From IMG/VR virus record IMGVR_UViG_2531839534_000003: a stretch of DNA of 64,000 nucleotides. One strand, given 5' to 3'. The stretch comes from a virus (Duplodnaviria > Caudoviricetes). Below, one piece after another: positions 37,829-46,163 of this stretch. The notes beneath the pieces are model-generated. The model was not told the DNA's origin. It did not search any database and saw only the letters and a program-made list of their open reading frames with translations. The translations under genes were made by a program, and so were the position numbers. Positions within the stretch are counted from its first letter, which is position 1. The number at the start of each line of letters is the position of its first letter.

Positions 37829-38239
37829 ATGAAACTTACATTCATAAGGAAATTACAAGAATTTGATGAAACGGGACAACCTAGTTCCACTAAAGTTATT
37901 TTAGGAAACACAGACGGCGCATTGTTCCCCGTCTTTTTAAATGCCGAAAAAATCAATTTAAGTAACACTAAGCTACTAAATTTAGCACTTGAAAAAATTT
38001 ATGAAGAGAATTTTCCACAACGTGCTGAAAATGAAAAATTTAATTTATTTGGTTCTAAGATCGCAGAAGTTGATGCAACTATTGAAAAAGCAAATAAAAA
38101 AATTGAAGAAATGACAACTCAAATGACAAGTCAAAGAACGCAATCTGCAGTTGCTCAAAAAACGATTTTGGATTTACTTACCTTACTCTATACGAAAGGT
38201 CTCATCAATGATGAAGATTTTACAAAACTTACACAATAA
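37829..38239 (+). CDS. DUF1366-like protein
   Basis: LALEKIYEENFPQRAENEKF motif. Confidence 0.7.
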   Translation: MKLTFIRKLQEFDETGQPSSTKVILGNTDGALFPVFLNAEKINLSNTKLLNLALEKIYEENFPQRAENEKFNLFGSKIAEVDATIEKANKKIEEMTTQMTSQRTQSAVAQKTILDLLTLLYTKGLINDEDFTKLTQ

Positions 38240-38261
38240 ACTAGAAAGAGGAAAATTAATT

Positions 38262-38414
38262 ATGATTATGTTATTTGCTTTAAATGTCGTTTATAATAAC
38301 TACCCTTGGAAACCAATCCCAGCAATTCTAAAACCAAAAATTAAAGAACAAATTATTCTTATTGTTGGTGCTGATAATATGGAATTGGTTAATCAACTAA
38401 CCAAAGAAGATTAG
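38262..38414 (+). CDS. Small conserved phage peptide before the lysis cassette (start approximate)
   Basis: MIMLFALNVV..YPWKPIPAILKPKIKEQI pattern; GAGG RBS. Confidence 0.5.
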   Translation: MIMLFALNVVYNNYPWKPIPAILKPKIKEQIILIVGADNMELVNQLTKED

Positions 38415-38426
38415 AAAGGCTTACTT

Positions 38427-38846
38427 ATGAAGCAACATAAGAAAAGCAAAATAATGAATTATATTGTTAAAGACTGGTATGCTTTAACAATGATAATCAT
38501 TTCTTATGCTTTTGCTATTATCATGTTATTGCAGCCGTTCATTTTTCACAAATTGTCATTAGAGCGTATACACAGTTTACCAAGTCAATTATTTGATCCA
38601 GTTATTACTGGTTTGTGTTTAATCATTTTTGCTTCTGTGAAATTATTAGGTCAAATCTTAAAAAATAAAAGTATTCGCTTACTAGGATTGATGGCTCTAA
38701 ATATCGTTTGGGCAATAACAGCAGTATCTTTGTTTTATCGTTTTTTACATGGGTCACAATCAGCAACTTTTCTATTATCTTTTGCAATGGTTTTAATTGG
38801 CTTTGGACAAGCATTAAGGGGTGACTATGGACAAAGACTTCATTAG
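38427..38846 (+). CDS. Four-TM membrane protein in lysis region
   Basis: Four hydrophobic segments. Confidence 0.6.
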   Translation: MKQHKKSKIMNYIVKDWYALTMIIISYAFAIIMLLQPFIFHKLSLERIHSLPSQLFDPVITGLCLIIFASVKLLGQILKNKSIRLLGLMALNIVWAITAVSLFYRFLHGSQSATFLLSFAMVLIGFGQALRGDYGQRLH

Positions 38847-39165
38847 ACAAGTAGTCACAGCTTTAATTACTGGAGTTGGCACAATCGCTGGTGCATTCTG
38901 GACATTTAGAGGAAAACACGAAGAAGTCCAAAGTGGAACTGAAAAGATTTATATTGACGGAAATCAATTGCTATTTGATAACATGCAAAAAGAAATAACG
39001 AGATTGACTCAAGATGTCGCTATTTTAAAAAACGATATGAAAGAAATGAAAGAAGACTACGAAGCAAAAATTGAGAGACTGGAAAAAGAAAATGACGACT
39101 TAAGAAATAAATTGAGAGATTCAATAGCAGAAGTGAAATACTTGAAGGAGAAATTAAAACAATGA
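38821..39165 (+). CDS. N-terminal-anchored coiled-coil protein in lysis region
   Basis: One TM segment plus heptad C-terminus. Confidence 0.6.
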   Translation: MTMDKDFIRQVVTALITGVGTIAGAFWTFRGKHEEVQSGTEKIYIDGNQLLFDNMQKEITRLTQDVAILKNDMKEMKEDYEAKIERLEKENDDLRNKLRDSIAEVKYLKEKLKQ

Positions 39166-39587
39166 ATAGTATTATTGAGAACATTATTGACTTAGCTGTA
39201 ATCGTAGGAATGCTTGCACCTATCATTATTCAAGGAATAAAATTATTACAAGCACATACGACAGATAAACGTATAAAAGTTTTAGAAAGTTACGCTTTAC
39301 GTGTTGTACAAACACTTGAACAAAATGCAAATTTAGCTGGTGGAGATAAAAAGAAATTGGCTTTAGAAAAACTAGCTAGTTACATTAATAAAAGCCCGCT
39401 TAATTTAAAAGTAACTGATACACAATTAAGTGACTTGATTGAATCTGCAGTTAGCAAGTTAGATAAAACTTCAAAAGCAGAAAAAATTAAGTCAGTAGAA
39501 GTTGAAGAAGAAGTTAAAACAACAGAACTATCAGCAGAACAACAAGCAAAATTAGAAAGCATTTTAGCAACTGCACCATCTAATTAG
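39162..39587 (+). CDS. Holin (LL-H-like)
   Basis: One N-terminal TM; GGDKKKLA; LIESAV; directly before lysin. Confidence 0.8.
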   Translation: MNSIIENIIDLAVIVGMLAPIIIQGIKLLQAHTTDKRIKVLESYALRVVQTLEQNANLAGGDKKKLALEKLASYINKSPLNLKVTDTQLSDLIESAVSKLDKTSKAEKIKSVEVEEEVKTTELSAEQQAKLESILATAPSN

Positions 39588-39601
39588 TGGAGGTGAATTA
39601 A

Positions 39602-40474
39602 TTGAAAGCTAATGAATATTTTATTGATGTGTCAGCTTATCAACCAGCTGATTTAGGCTATACAACACAAGCTTCGGGAACATCAAACACAATTATCAAA
39701 GTAACAGAGGGAACTGGCTGGGTATCACCATATAAAGATGCCCAAGCTAGCACTTCAAATCCTATTGGGTATTATCACTTCGCACGTTTTGGCGGTAATG
39801 TAAATCAAGCAATCGCAGAAGCTACACATTGCCTTAACAATGTTGGAAATAAAAAAGTTAACTACATTGTATGTGATTATGAAGATAGTGCCAGTGCTAA
39901 CATGCAAGCTAATACAAATGCTATTATAGCTTTTATGGATACGTGTAAATCTTATGGCTATCAACCTATTTACTATTCTTATAAGCCTTACACACTAGCT
40001 AACGTAGCTTATCAACAAATACTAACTAAATATCCAGATAGTTTATGGATGGCTGCATATCCAAGCTATAATGTCACCCCAGATCCTGTTTGGTCAATTT
40101 TTCCAGCTCTTGACGGGATAAGATGGTGGCAATTCACATCAACTGGCATTAGTGGTGGACTTGATAAAAATGTAGTTTTAATTGATGATAATGTGCATAC
40201 AGCACCAAAAACAACAGTAAAAATTGAAGATTATACGGAGGATGAAGATATGTTTGTATTTACAGCAAATAGTGATTTAGGTTCAGTCAATAACGACTTT
40301 AAAAAATTTGGAAAAGGAGCGACATTCCTAATCATTCCATCACGAGCAAAAATTCGTTATGTTGGTACATCAGATGAACGCAACTGGTTATTAAAAACTA
40401 AGAAAATAGAAGAATTTAAAGGTGGACCAGCGGATATGTTTAGATGCTTAACACTTTTTGATTTAAAATTTTAA
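39602..40474 (+). CDS. GH25 (Cpl-1-like) endolysin
   Basis: FIDVSAYQ, IIKVTEG, GYYHFA, VCDYE, WQFTS, GGLDKN. Confidence 0.93.
   Translation: MKANEYFIDVSAYQPADLGYTTQASGTSNTIIKVTEGTGWVSPYKDAQASTSNPIGYYHFARFGGNVNQAIAEATHCLNNVGNKKVNYIVCDYEDSASANMQANTNAIIAFMDTCKSYGYQPIYYSYKPYTLANVAYQQILTKYPDSLWMAAYPSYNVTPDPVWSIFPALDGIRWWQFTSTGISGGLDKNVVLIDDNVHTAPKTTVKIEDYTEDEDMFVFTANSDLGSVNNDFKKFGKGATFLIIPSRAKIRYVGTSDERNWLLKTKKIEEFKGGPADMFRCLTLFDLKF
40250..40474 (+). CDS. Probable internally translated 74-aa C-terminal lysin subunit (MFVFTANS...)
   Basis: GGAGG at 40237-40241, 8 nt before in-frame ATG (Met217), just after the linker. Confidence 0.6.
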   Translation: MFVFTANSDLGSVNNDFKKFGKGATFLIIPSRAKIRYVGTSDERNWLLKTKKIEEFKGGPADMFRCLTLFDLKF

Positions 40475-40479
40475 TTAAT

Positions 40480-40509
40480 AAAACCCCGCTTAATTGTGGG
40501 GCTTTTTTT
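40480..40509 (+). terminator. Terminator after lysin
   Basis: AAAACCCCGC-TTAATT-GTGGGGCTTTTTT. Confidence 0.75.
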
Positions 40510-40562
40510 AGTATAGGAGGATAAAGAGTGGTTCAGTAAAATTATAAAAAAACAAAAAACTC

Positions 40563-40591
40563 TTGACAAAAAGTAAATAATAACATAAGAT
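40563..40591 (+). promoter_or_regulatory. Promoter of putative antitoxin RNA
   Basis: TTGACA-17-TAAGAT. Confidence 0.65.
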
Positions 40592-40597
40592 AAAGAT

Positions 40598-40750
40598 ACA
40601 AATAACGATAAAAAAACTGTTACTATTGTTTATTTCTCCGTTGTTTGTATGACTTCCGTCTGTCTTATTTAGACAGAAAAAACTAGATTATTTTATGAAG
40701 GATTCAGTATCCTACTTTTAAAAGCGTAATTTGCAGATTACGCTTTTTTT
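40598..40750 (+). ncRNA. Putative type I antitoxin RNA (~150 nt)
   Basis: Between the promoter and the AAAAGCGTAAT/ATTACGCTTTT terminator; carries three segments complementary to the toxin mRNA. Confidence 0.6.
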
Positions 40751-40810
40751 GTATATAAAAAAGGAGTTAGGCTTGCAGACCTAACTCAAACTAGATTATT
40801 TAGCGTTATT

Positions 40811-40894
40811 TCATTTTTTTAAATGAGATAGCACTACGCCTGCTAAAACAGCAACTATAAACTGTCCTAAAAGCGTAAGAAGGTATTCGACCAT
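40811..40894 (-). CDS. 27-aa hydrophobic type I toxin (Fst/holin-like): MVEYLLTLLGQFIVAVLAGVVLSHLKK
   Basis: AAAGGAGG RBS; single TM helix with basic C-terminus; convergent sRNA; not in ORF track. Confidence 0.7.
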   Translation of the reverse strand: MVEYLLTLLGQFIVAVLAGVVLSHLKK

Positions 40895-41155
40895 TCAGTA
40901 CCCTCCTTTTTTATTTTTTTGCTATTTAACTAGTTAGCTCTAGAGCATGAAATCCATCGGACTTAATGTTAATGTATATTATATATGAATATTAGAAATA
41001 AATAAAGTTAATTTAAACTATTATAAAACCCCTCACTTAATTGTGGGGGTATTTTTTATTGTCCGTTAAAATAGACTTTTTCAATATTTTCCATTTAAAC
41101 GGACTTTGAAAAAATAGCAAATCTATTGTATTATAAATAAAGTGAGGAAATAACT

Positions 41156-41347
41156 ATGAGAAATAAAAAAATACAGGATTCATGTACAACGATACTAGAA
41201 GCAAAGGATCCTATTGCTTTTTGGAATGCAGGCGTTAAACACATTCAGGTGTCAACAAAAACATTCGACGCATTTCAAGGCAAAAAACAAGCATCAACAT
41301 TAGATGATGCAACTGTCAATAAATTAATTGATGGCTTACGTAGATAA
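41156..41347 (+). CDS. 63-aa hypothetical moron protein
   Basis: GAGG RBS, upstream promoter-like AT tract, own terminator at ~41348-41388. Confidence 0.55.
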   Translation: MRNKKIQDSCTTILEAKDPIAFWNAGVKHIQVSTKTFDAFQGKKQASTLDDATVNKLIDGLRR

Positions 41348-41442
41348 AAAATCACCGCTTGGGATAATACCCGAGCGGTCATTTTTATTTGCATTAGGTA
41401 TATATATGTGCTATCATAAATAAAAAACAGGAGGTCATCAAG

Positions 41443-41643
41443 ATGTCAGAAGAAAAATTTGAAGCAAAAGCAGATCAATTAAAAGGTAGTGTCAAAGAAG
41501 GCGTTGGCAAATTAACTGGCGATAAAGAATTAGAAGCTGAAGGAACAGCTGGTAAAGTTATTGGAAAAGGTAAAGAGTTAGTTGACGATGCTAAAGAAAT
41601 CGTAGAAGGTGCTATTGATAGCATAAAGGATAAAATGAAATAA
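41443..41643 (+). CDS. CsbD-family stress protein
   Basis: [21 protein letters not shown]. Confidence 0.9.
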   Translation: MSEEKFEAKADQLKGSVKEGVGKLTGDKELEAEGTAGKVIGKGKELVDDAKEIVEGAIDSIKDKMK

Positions 41644-41685
41644 AAGAAAATCGCTCTCTTGATTGAGGGTGGTTTTTTTCTGTTT

Positions 41686-41847
41686 TTAAAGTCTATTTTC
41701 TATCAATTGTTTTAATTCTAATAAGTCTTCATGTGTAGCATTATTGTTAATAAAACTTCGGGCACTAGACCTCTTAGTTAAATAATTACGATGTTCTCTA
41801 TTTTTAGCATTCCAATTTTTACATGCTTTTTGTGATTGGTCGGTTAT
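41686..41847 (-). pseudogene. 5'-truncated small conserved protein (..KNWNAKNREHRNYLTKRSSARSFINNNATHEDLLELKQLIENRL)
   Basis: Open 53-codon frame with a familiar W..KNREHRNYL.KRSSARSFI pattern; no ATG or RBS; 5' end abuts the arm-type repeat. Confidence 0.55.
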
Positions 41848-41861
41848 AATGGAAAATAAAA

Positions 41862-41881
41862 AGGGTGCAAAAAAGGGGCAG
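41862..41881 (+). repeat. Putative integrase arm-type site, right
   Basis: AGGGTGCAAAAAAGGGGCAG matches 850-868. Confidence 0.65.
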
Positions 41882-42037
41882 AATGGATTAAAAATGAAAC
41901 TATTTTGAACTTTCTACTATATGAATAACGTTTAAAAGTAAGTGGTAAGAGTTTTTAGAATAGAAAAGTACATTAAGGAGAACAGAGAAATCTGTTCTCT
42001 TTTTGTTCGCTTAAAAACTTAGAAAGGTAAAGTGAAC

Positions 42038-42160
42038 ATGGAAAATATTGAAATTGTATTGGACATCGATACCCTTGAAATTTTTCAAGTAATCAGACAT
42101 GATTGTACTCCAGTTGATGAAATCGTTAATGAACAATTAACATTGTTTGAAACTATTTAA
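42038..42160 (+). CDS. 40-aa acidic peptide ending EQLTLFETI (not in ORF track)
   Basis: AGAAAGG RBS; ATG 42038 to TAA 42160. Confidence 0.55.
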   Translation: MENIEIVLDIDTLEIFQVIRHDCTPVDEIVNEQLTLFETI

Positions 42161-42190
42161 TTTCATTTCTTTTCAAAAATGGTATTAGCT

Positions 42191-42691
42191 ATGAAGAAAA
42201 ATAATTTATATGAACAATTGATTAATAGTGAACCAATGGGATTTATTGATCCTCTAACAGATCTTGGAGAGTTTGATATCTATCAGATGAAATTTAAAGA
42301 GCCTGTTAGGCACTTGAAAAACAAATATTCTGACCAACCCTATTCACTGCATTGGCAGAATAAAATTGAGGAAATGCGTAGCTTATTTATTGAGTATCAA
42401 AAAAGTTTGAGGGAAGAAGTAGAAGAGGAGATCATTATTAGCTCCAGAGCAAGAAGAGCAGAAAATAAAGAGTATCTCAATGAAATCGTACATACCTATT
42501 TGAAGCTTGGCTTTAAATTTCCTGAAATTGAAAAACGTGTATCACTATCTGTGAAGCGTTTAAGAAATCAGTGGAACAGAAGGGATCATATTTCAAGCCA
42601 TAAGATAGTTGTATTATTCAAAGATGACTTAAAGAATGGTTACTATGATTCTAAGGATTATTTACCAAAAAATTCGGGATTGAAGCTATAA
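42191..42691 (+). CDS. Conserved hypothetical protein upstream of rep (possible DNA-binding/replication control)
   Basis: EPMGFIDPLTDLGEFD motif; C-terminal HTH-like YLKLGFKFPEIEKRV; abuts rep. Confidence 0.6.
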   Translation: MKKNNLYEQLINSEPMGFIDPLTDLGEFDIYQMKFKEPVRHLKNKYSDQPYSLHWQNKIEEMRSLFIEYQKSLREEVEEEIIISSRARRAENKEYLNEIVHTYLKLGFKFPEIEKRVSLSVKRLRNQWNRRDHISSHKIVVLFKDDLKNGYYDSKDYLPKNSGLKL

Positions 42692-44197
42692 ATGAAGAAA
42701 GAAAATATGAATCTAAATAAAATTTTTAGTCTAGTTATAAAAGATGGACTACGAGAATATAAATTTAAAAATAGTCATCTTAAACCTCTTGATTATCAAG
42801 AGGAAGGAAATAAAGGTTCTATTTTCGCCTATCGATCAAAAGAAAATATGATCAGTGCTAAAGGTGTTGTTATTACTTCAGTTGAAGCACTGAAAGAGAA
42901 CGACACTCAGTTTACTCACTGGACACCTAATGTTTATCGATACGGGACCTATAGTGATGCTCGACGTTTATATACTCGAGGTCATGCTGAGAAAAACCTT
43001 CGTCAGATTAATTGTTTCTACGTCGACTTTGATAATCCGCCTGAAGGCGAAAACATTAATTCGGGAGACATTTTAACTGCCTCAATTGATTTAGGCTTTA
43101 TGCCAACGATGATTTTAAGAACAGATAAAGGCTACCAGGCATACTTTGTACTTGAAACGGCAGTATATGTCTCATCTCACACACAGTTTAAAGCTATTTC
43201 AACGGCAAAACTTATTTCAGATAACTTGAGAAAGTATTTTAAAGAACAATTATTACCTGTCGATATGGGATGCAACCACTTTGGAATTGCTAGAATTCCG
43301 AGAACTGATAATATTGAGTTTTTTGAAGAGTCCTATTGTTATTCATTTTCAGACTGGATTGATTGGTCAAGCAGACAAGGTAATTATCCCAATAAAAAAG
43401 CTAACCTTTCAATCATTGCAGGTACTCAAGGAAAAAAACAAATTGATGAGCCCTGGTATAAACTATTGATGAATGAATCAAACATAAAAGGGGCTAAAGC
43501 ATTGATGGGAAGAAATAGTATTCTTTTCACTTTGGCTTTGGCCAATTATTCATCAGGGGTTAGTCAGATAGGCTGTGAGGATGCACTGAGTGATTTTAAT
43601 AATCATTTAGATGAGCCATTATCAAATCAAGAGTTTCAAAAGATAATCCAAAGTGCTTATTCAGAAAAATATGAAGCAGCTAGTAGAGAATATATAAAAC
43701 TATTATGTAAAGCATGGGTAGATAAAAACCTTACTAGCAATGATTTGTTTATTAGACAAGGTTGGACTAAATTCAAAAAACCAAGGTCAGTACGACAAAA
43801 TAGTCACCACCATGAATGGAAAGCTGATATTATGGCCTATCTTGAAGGTTTTGATCATGATGCTGATCCTTTTCTTCAGACGACAAAAAAGGCTCTTAGA
43901 GAGCAATTATCGATCCCTGAGAGATCGCTAGATCGAGTTTTAAAAGCACTTAAGACAGAACAAAAGATTTTCTTAACGACAAAAAGTGGGAGAAAAGGAG
44001 GCATAAGATTAGCTTCCGTAAAAGCAATATTTATCTCAATTATGCAGGTAAGAAAAAAGCGTCAAGAACAGTTTTTTAGTAATATGGCCACTTTTTTTGA
44101 AGAGCCTAAGTCTTATATCTATAAAGTAATAGAAAGGATGAAGAATGAAATTAAACAAAGGAAACAATTGTCATTATTTGAGAGCGATGTTGGATAA
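42692..44197 (+). CDS. Replication initiator with PriCT-1 domain (pAMbeta1/pIP501 RepE/RepR-like)
   Basis: THWTPNVYRYG, FYVDFD, TDKGYQAYF, GRNSILFTLALA...EPLSNQEFQKIIQSAYS; C-terminal QLSLF. Confidence 0.8.
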   Translation: MKKENMNLNKIFSLVIKDGLREYKFKNSHLKPLDYQEEGNKGSIFAYRSKENMISAKGVVITSVEALKENDTQFTHWTPNVYRYGTYSDARRLYTRGHAEKNLRQINCFYVDFDNPPEGENINSGDILTASIDLGFMPTMILRTDKGYQAYFVLETAVYVSSHTQFKAISTAKLISDNLRKYFKEQLLPVDMGCNHFGIARIPRTDNIEFFEESYCYSFSDWIDWSSRQGNYPNKKANLSIIAGTQGKKQIDEPWYKLLMNESNIKGAKALMGRNSILFTLALANYSSGVSQIGCEDALSDFNNHLDEPLSNQEFQKIIQSAYSEKYEAASREYIKLLCKAWVDKNLTSNDLFIRQGWTKFKKPRSVRQNSHHHEWKADIMAYLEGFDHDADPFLQTTKKALREQLSIPERSLDRVLKALKTEQKIFLTTKSGRKGGIRLASVKAIFISIMQVRKKRQEQFFSNMATFFEEPKSYIYKVIERMKNEIKQRKQLSLFESDVG

Positions 44198-44250
44198 AAT
44201 TAAAACCCGTCAACTGCCATTACATTATATCTATGATACTAGACTAGGTT
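44198..44250 (+). other. Probable vegetative origin directly downstream of rep
   Basis: TGCCATTACATT at 44215-44226 resembles the pAMbeta1-family origin motif TGCCATTACATTTAT (from memory); same position relative to rep. Confidence 0.55.
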
Positions 44251-44292
44251 CTTAGTATTGTACTACTAAATATTTTAATAACAAAAGGAGTT

Positions 44293-44502
44293 TTGAAAAT
44301 GAAATATATTATTTTTAGCTTTGAAACAGGAGATTACCTAAGTGATGAAAATGGCCATTTAATTGTATTTGAGAGTCAAGGACTAGCCTGTCAATATTTG
44401 CAACGCCATTGTCACTTGGTTATGCCAGTTTCTAAAACAAAGAAGTATACAAATTATCCACCATACTATGCAGCACCTTATCGTTTTCATCAAGTGAGCT
44501 AG
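44293..44502 (+). CDS. Small hypothetical protein
   Basis: AAAGGAG RBS, TTG start. Confidence 0.55.
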   Translation: MKMKYIIFSFETGDYLSDENGHLIVFESQGLACQYLQRHCHLVMPVSKTKKYTNYPPYYAAPYRFHQVS

Positions 44503-44514
44503 GAGAAGAAGAAT

Positions 44515-44919
44515 ATGGGAAAACAATATTATATTATTAGAGGGTTTTACTTAACTGGGCTTGGCCAGGAACCTGAGGTTAACTATTTTAAAATTGATTC
44601 TGATCATCCTGATTTTGACTTAGTACTAGCAGGAGACGTGTGTTTAACGTTTTATCAGAATAACTCAGTTATAACAACACTTCCTGCATTAATTAGGATA
44701 GATGGTTTGATAAAAAATGATAAGGAAGTCCAGGAGTTTTTGAAAACAGAAAAAGAAGAGCATATTCCTTTTCTGCCAATTGTTCAAATTTATCCTTCAT
44801 TTGATCCTTTGATGTTTAGTAGGTTGATGTCGACGTGTAAGTTGATGACTGAAGAAGTGAAGAAGCAATCAGAAATTCATTTTGTTCAGAGTAGTATTTT
44901 TGATTTTATTGAGGAGTGA
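44515..44919 (+). CDS. Hypothetical protein ending QSSIFDFIEE
   Basis: AGGAG RBS; 134 aa. Confidence 0.6.
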   Translation: MGKQYYIIRGFYLTGLGQEPEVNYFKIDSDHPDFDLVLAGDVCLTFYQNNSVITTLPALIRIDGLIKNDKEVQEFLKTEKEEHIPFLPIVQIYPSFDPLMFSRLMSTCKLMTEEVKKQSEIHFVQSSIFDFIEE

Positions 44920-44923
44920 AAAA

Positions 44924-45352
44924 ATGAGACGTAAAATATTTGTTTTTGGAATAGGAGTCTTGCTGGTTATCCTAGGCTTTGTGAGTTATTTGAAACTGGG
45001 CCAAAATTATGATTATCAGCTGACACAAGATGATTATTTGAATGTGCTTATGTCAAAAAACTACAATATTGTGTGTTACAAGAAAGGCTGCCCATATTGT
45101 GAAAGTAGTAAAACATCTATTTTAAAGGCAAAGAAAAAGAGCCCTATTACAACATTCTTTGTTGATGTGGACTCAAAATCTGGTAAAAAAATAGTTGAAA
45201 AATACAGTATTGAAAAGGCTTTTTCAATCATTGTTGTCAGGGATAATTTTGCAAAAGTTTACCAGTATGCACATAAGGATGAGAACGGACATATTGGACC
45301 AAACCAAGCAAAGATTAAGGAGGCCTTCAATGACTCAAAAAAAGAAGATTAG
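44924..45352 (+). CDS. Membrane-anchored thioredoxin-fold protein
   Basis: N-terminal TM; GCPYC CxxC motif; FFVDVD. Confidence 0.75.
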   Translation: MRRKIFVFGIGVLLVILGFVSYLKLGQNYDYQLTQDDYLNVLMSKNYNIVCYKKGCPYCESSKTSILKAKKKSPITTFFVDVDSKSGKKIVEKYSIEKAFSIIVVRDNFAKVYQYAHKDENGHIGPNQAKIKEAFNDSKKED

Positions 45353-45560
45353 TAGGTGGGCAGAAACAGCTTTTCTATCTGACGATGAATTATGGCGTGC
45401 GGAAATAACTGAGGGAATGGTTGTCTTAGGTAAACTTCCTGATGGTACCTATACCTTGCACCGTTTTAACGATGAAGGGGGACATCTAAGTCATATTTCA
45501 GAAAATGAAGCTTTATGGTTAACGTTGGAACTCGCTCCAGAGAAGATGGATGCTCTTTAG
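45330..45560 (+). CDS. Hypothetical protein (76 aa; start revised)
   Basis: AAGGAGG RBS before MTQKKKI. Confidence 0.55.
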   Translation: MTQKKKISRWAETAFLSDDELWRAEITEGMVVLGKLPDGTYTLHRFNDEGGHLSHISENEALWLTLELAPEKMDAL

Positions 45561-45572
45561 GAGGATTTAAAA

Positions 45573-46163
45573 ATGGGAGAAAAACAAATGAGACAACATA
45601 TGCTGAAATGTTATCCTCAGTATTTTGAAGCGGTAAAAAGTGGTATCAAAAATTTTGAATGTCGCTATAACGATAGAGATTTTAAGGTTGGCGATGAATT
45701 ATTATTGAGAGAATATGATCCAAAACAAGGATATACGGATCGATGCATAGTTAGAAAAATAACCTATGTTTTATCGGACTTTACCGGTTTAAAAGATGGC
45801 TATGTGATTTTAGAGTTGGCTAAGAGAGAGTCAAGTGAAATTGAACGAGAAAGAGCCTTTGATATCCTTAAAAGAAAAAACAGAGTGTTATCAACAAAAA
45901 ATACAGAGTTAGAAGTTGATAATCTAGCTAAAGAATTTGAAATAAGGCTGTTAAAAACTGCTTTTGGAACTATTATAAAAGGTATTGCAAGTAAAGAAGT
46001 AGCAGTAAATTTGTTTGATTTATCTATGCAAAAGTTTAAGTTTAGATTGTCTGAGGTGTCAGTAGATAAAGCAAGCTCAGATAAAGTATACATAAAACAA
46101 ATCAAGCAAGACTTTGAGCAGATTGAAAGTGAATTAGAAAGAAGAATTAGAACGGAGCAATAA
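45573..46163 (+). CDS. ASCH/DUF3850 domain protein with C-terminal helical extension
   Basis: LKCYPQYFEAVKSGIKNFECRYNDRDFKVGDELLLREY...GYVIL. Confidence 0.85.
   Translation: MGEKQMRQHMLKCYPQYFEAVKSGIKNFECRYNDRDFKVGDELLLREYDPKQGYTDRCIVRKITYVLSDFTGLKDGYVILELAKRESSEIERERAFDILKRKNRVLSTKNTELEVDNLAKEFEIRLLKTAFGTIIKGIASKEVAVNLFDLSMQKFKFRLSEVSVDKASSDKVYIKQIKQDFEQIESELERRIRTEQ

Larger units (their letters stand above)
770..41960. mobile_element. Temperate Sfi21-like cos siphophage prophage (~41 kb) integrated at the tRNA-Arg 3' end; right boundary approximate
   Basis: Canonical module order from integrase to lysin; integrase converges on the tRNA; matching arm-type repeats at both ends; attR core not found. 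Confidence 0.9.

Noticed and set aside
41156-41347. Paratox (Prx) at the prophage right end
   Set aside because: Size and position fit, but the sequence lacks the paratox pattern
41946-41970. TAGAATAG shared with the region upstream of tRNA-Arg as a possible att core
   Set aside because: Only 8 bp of AT-rich sequence and on the wrong side of the tRNA
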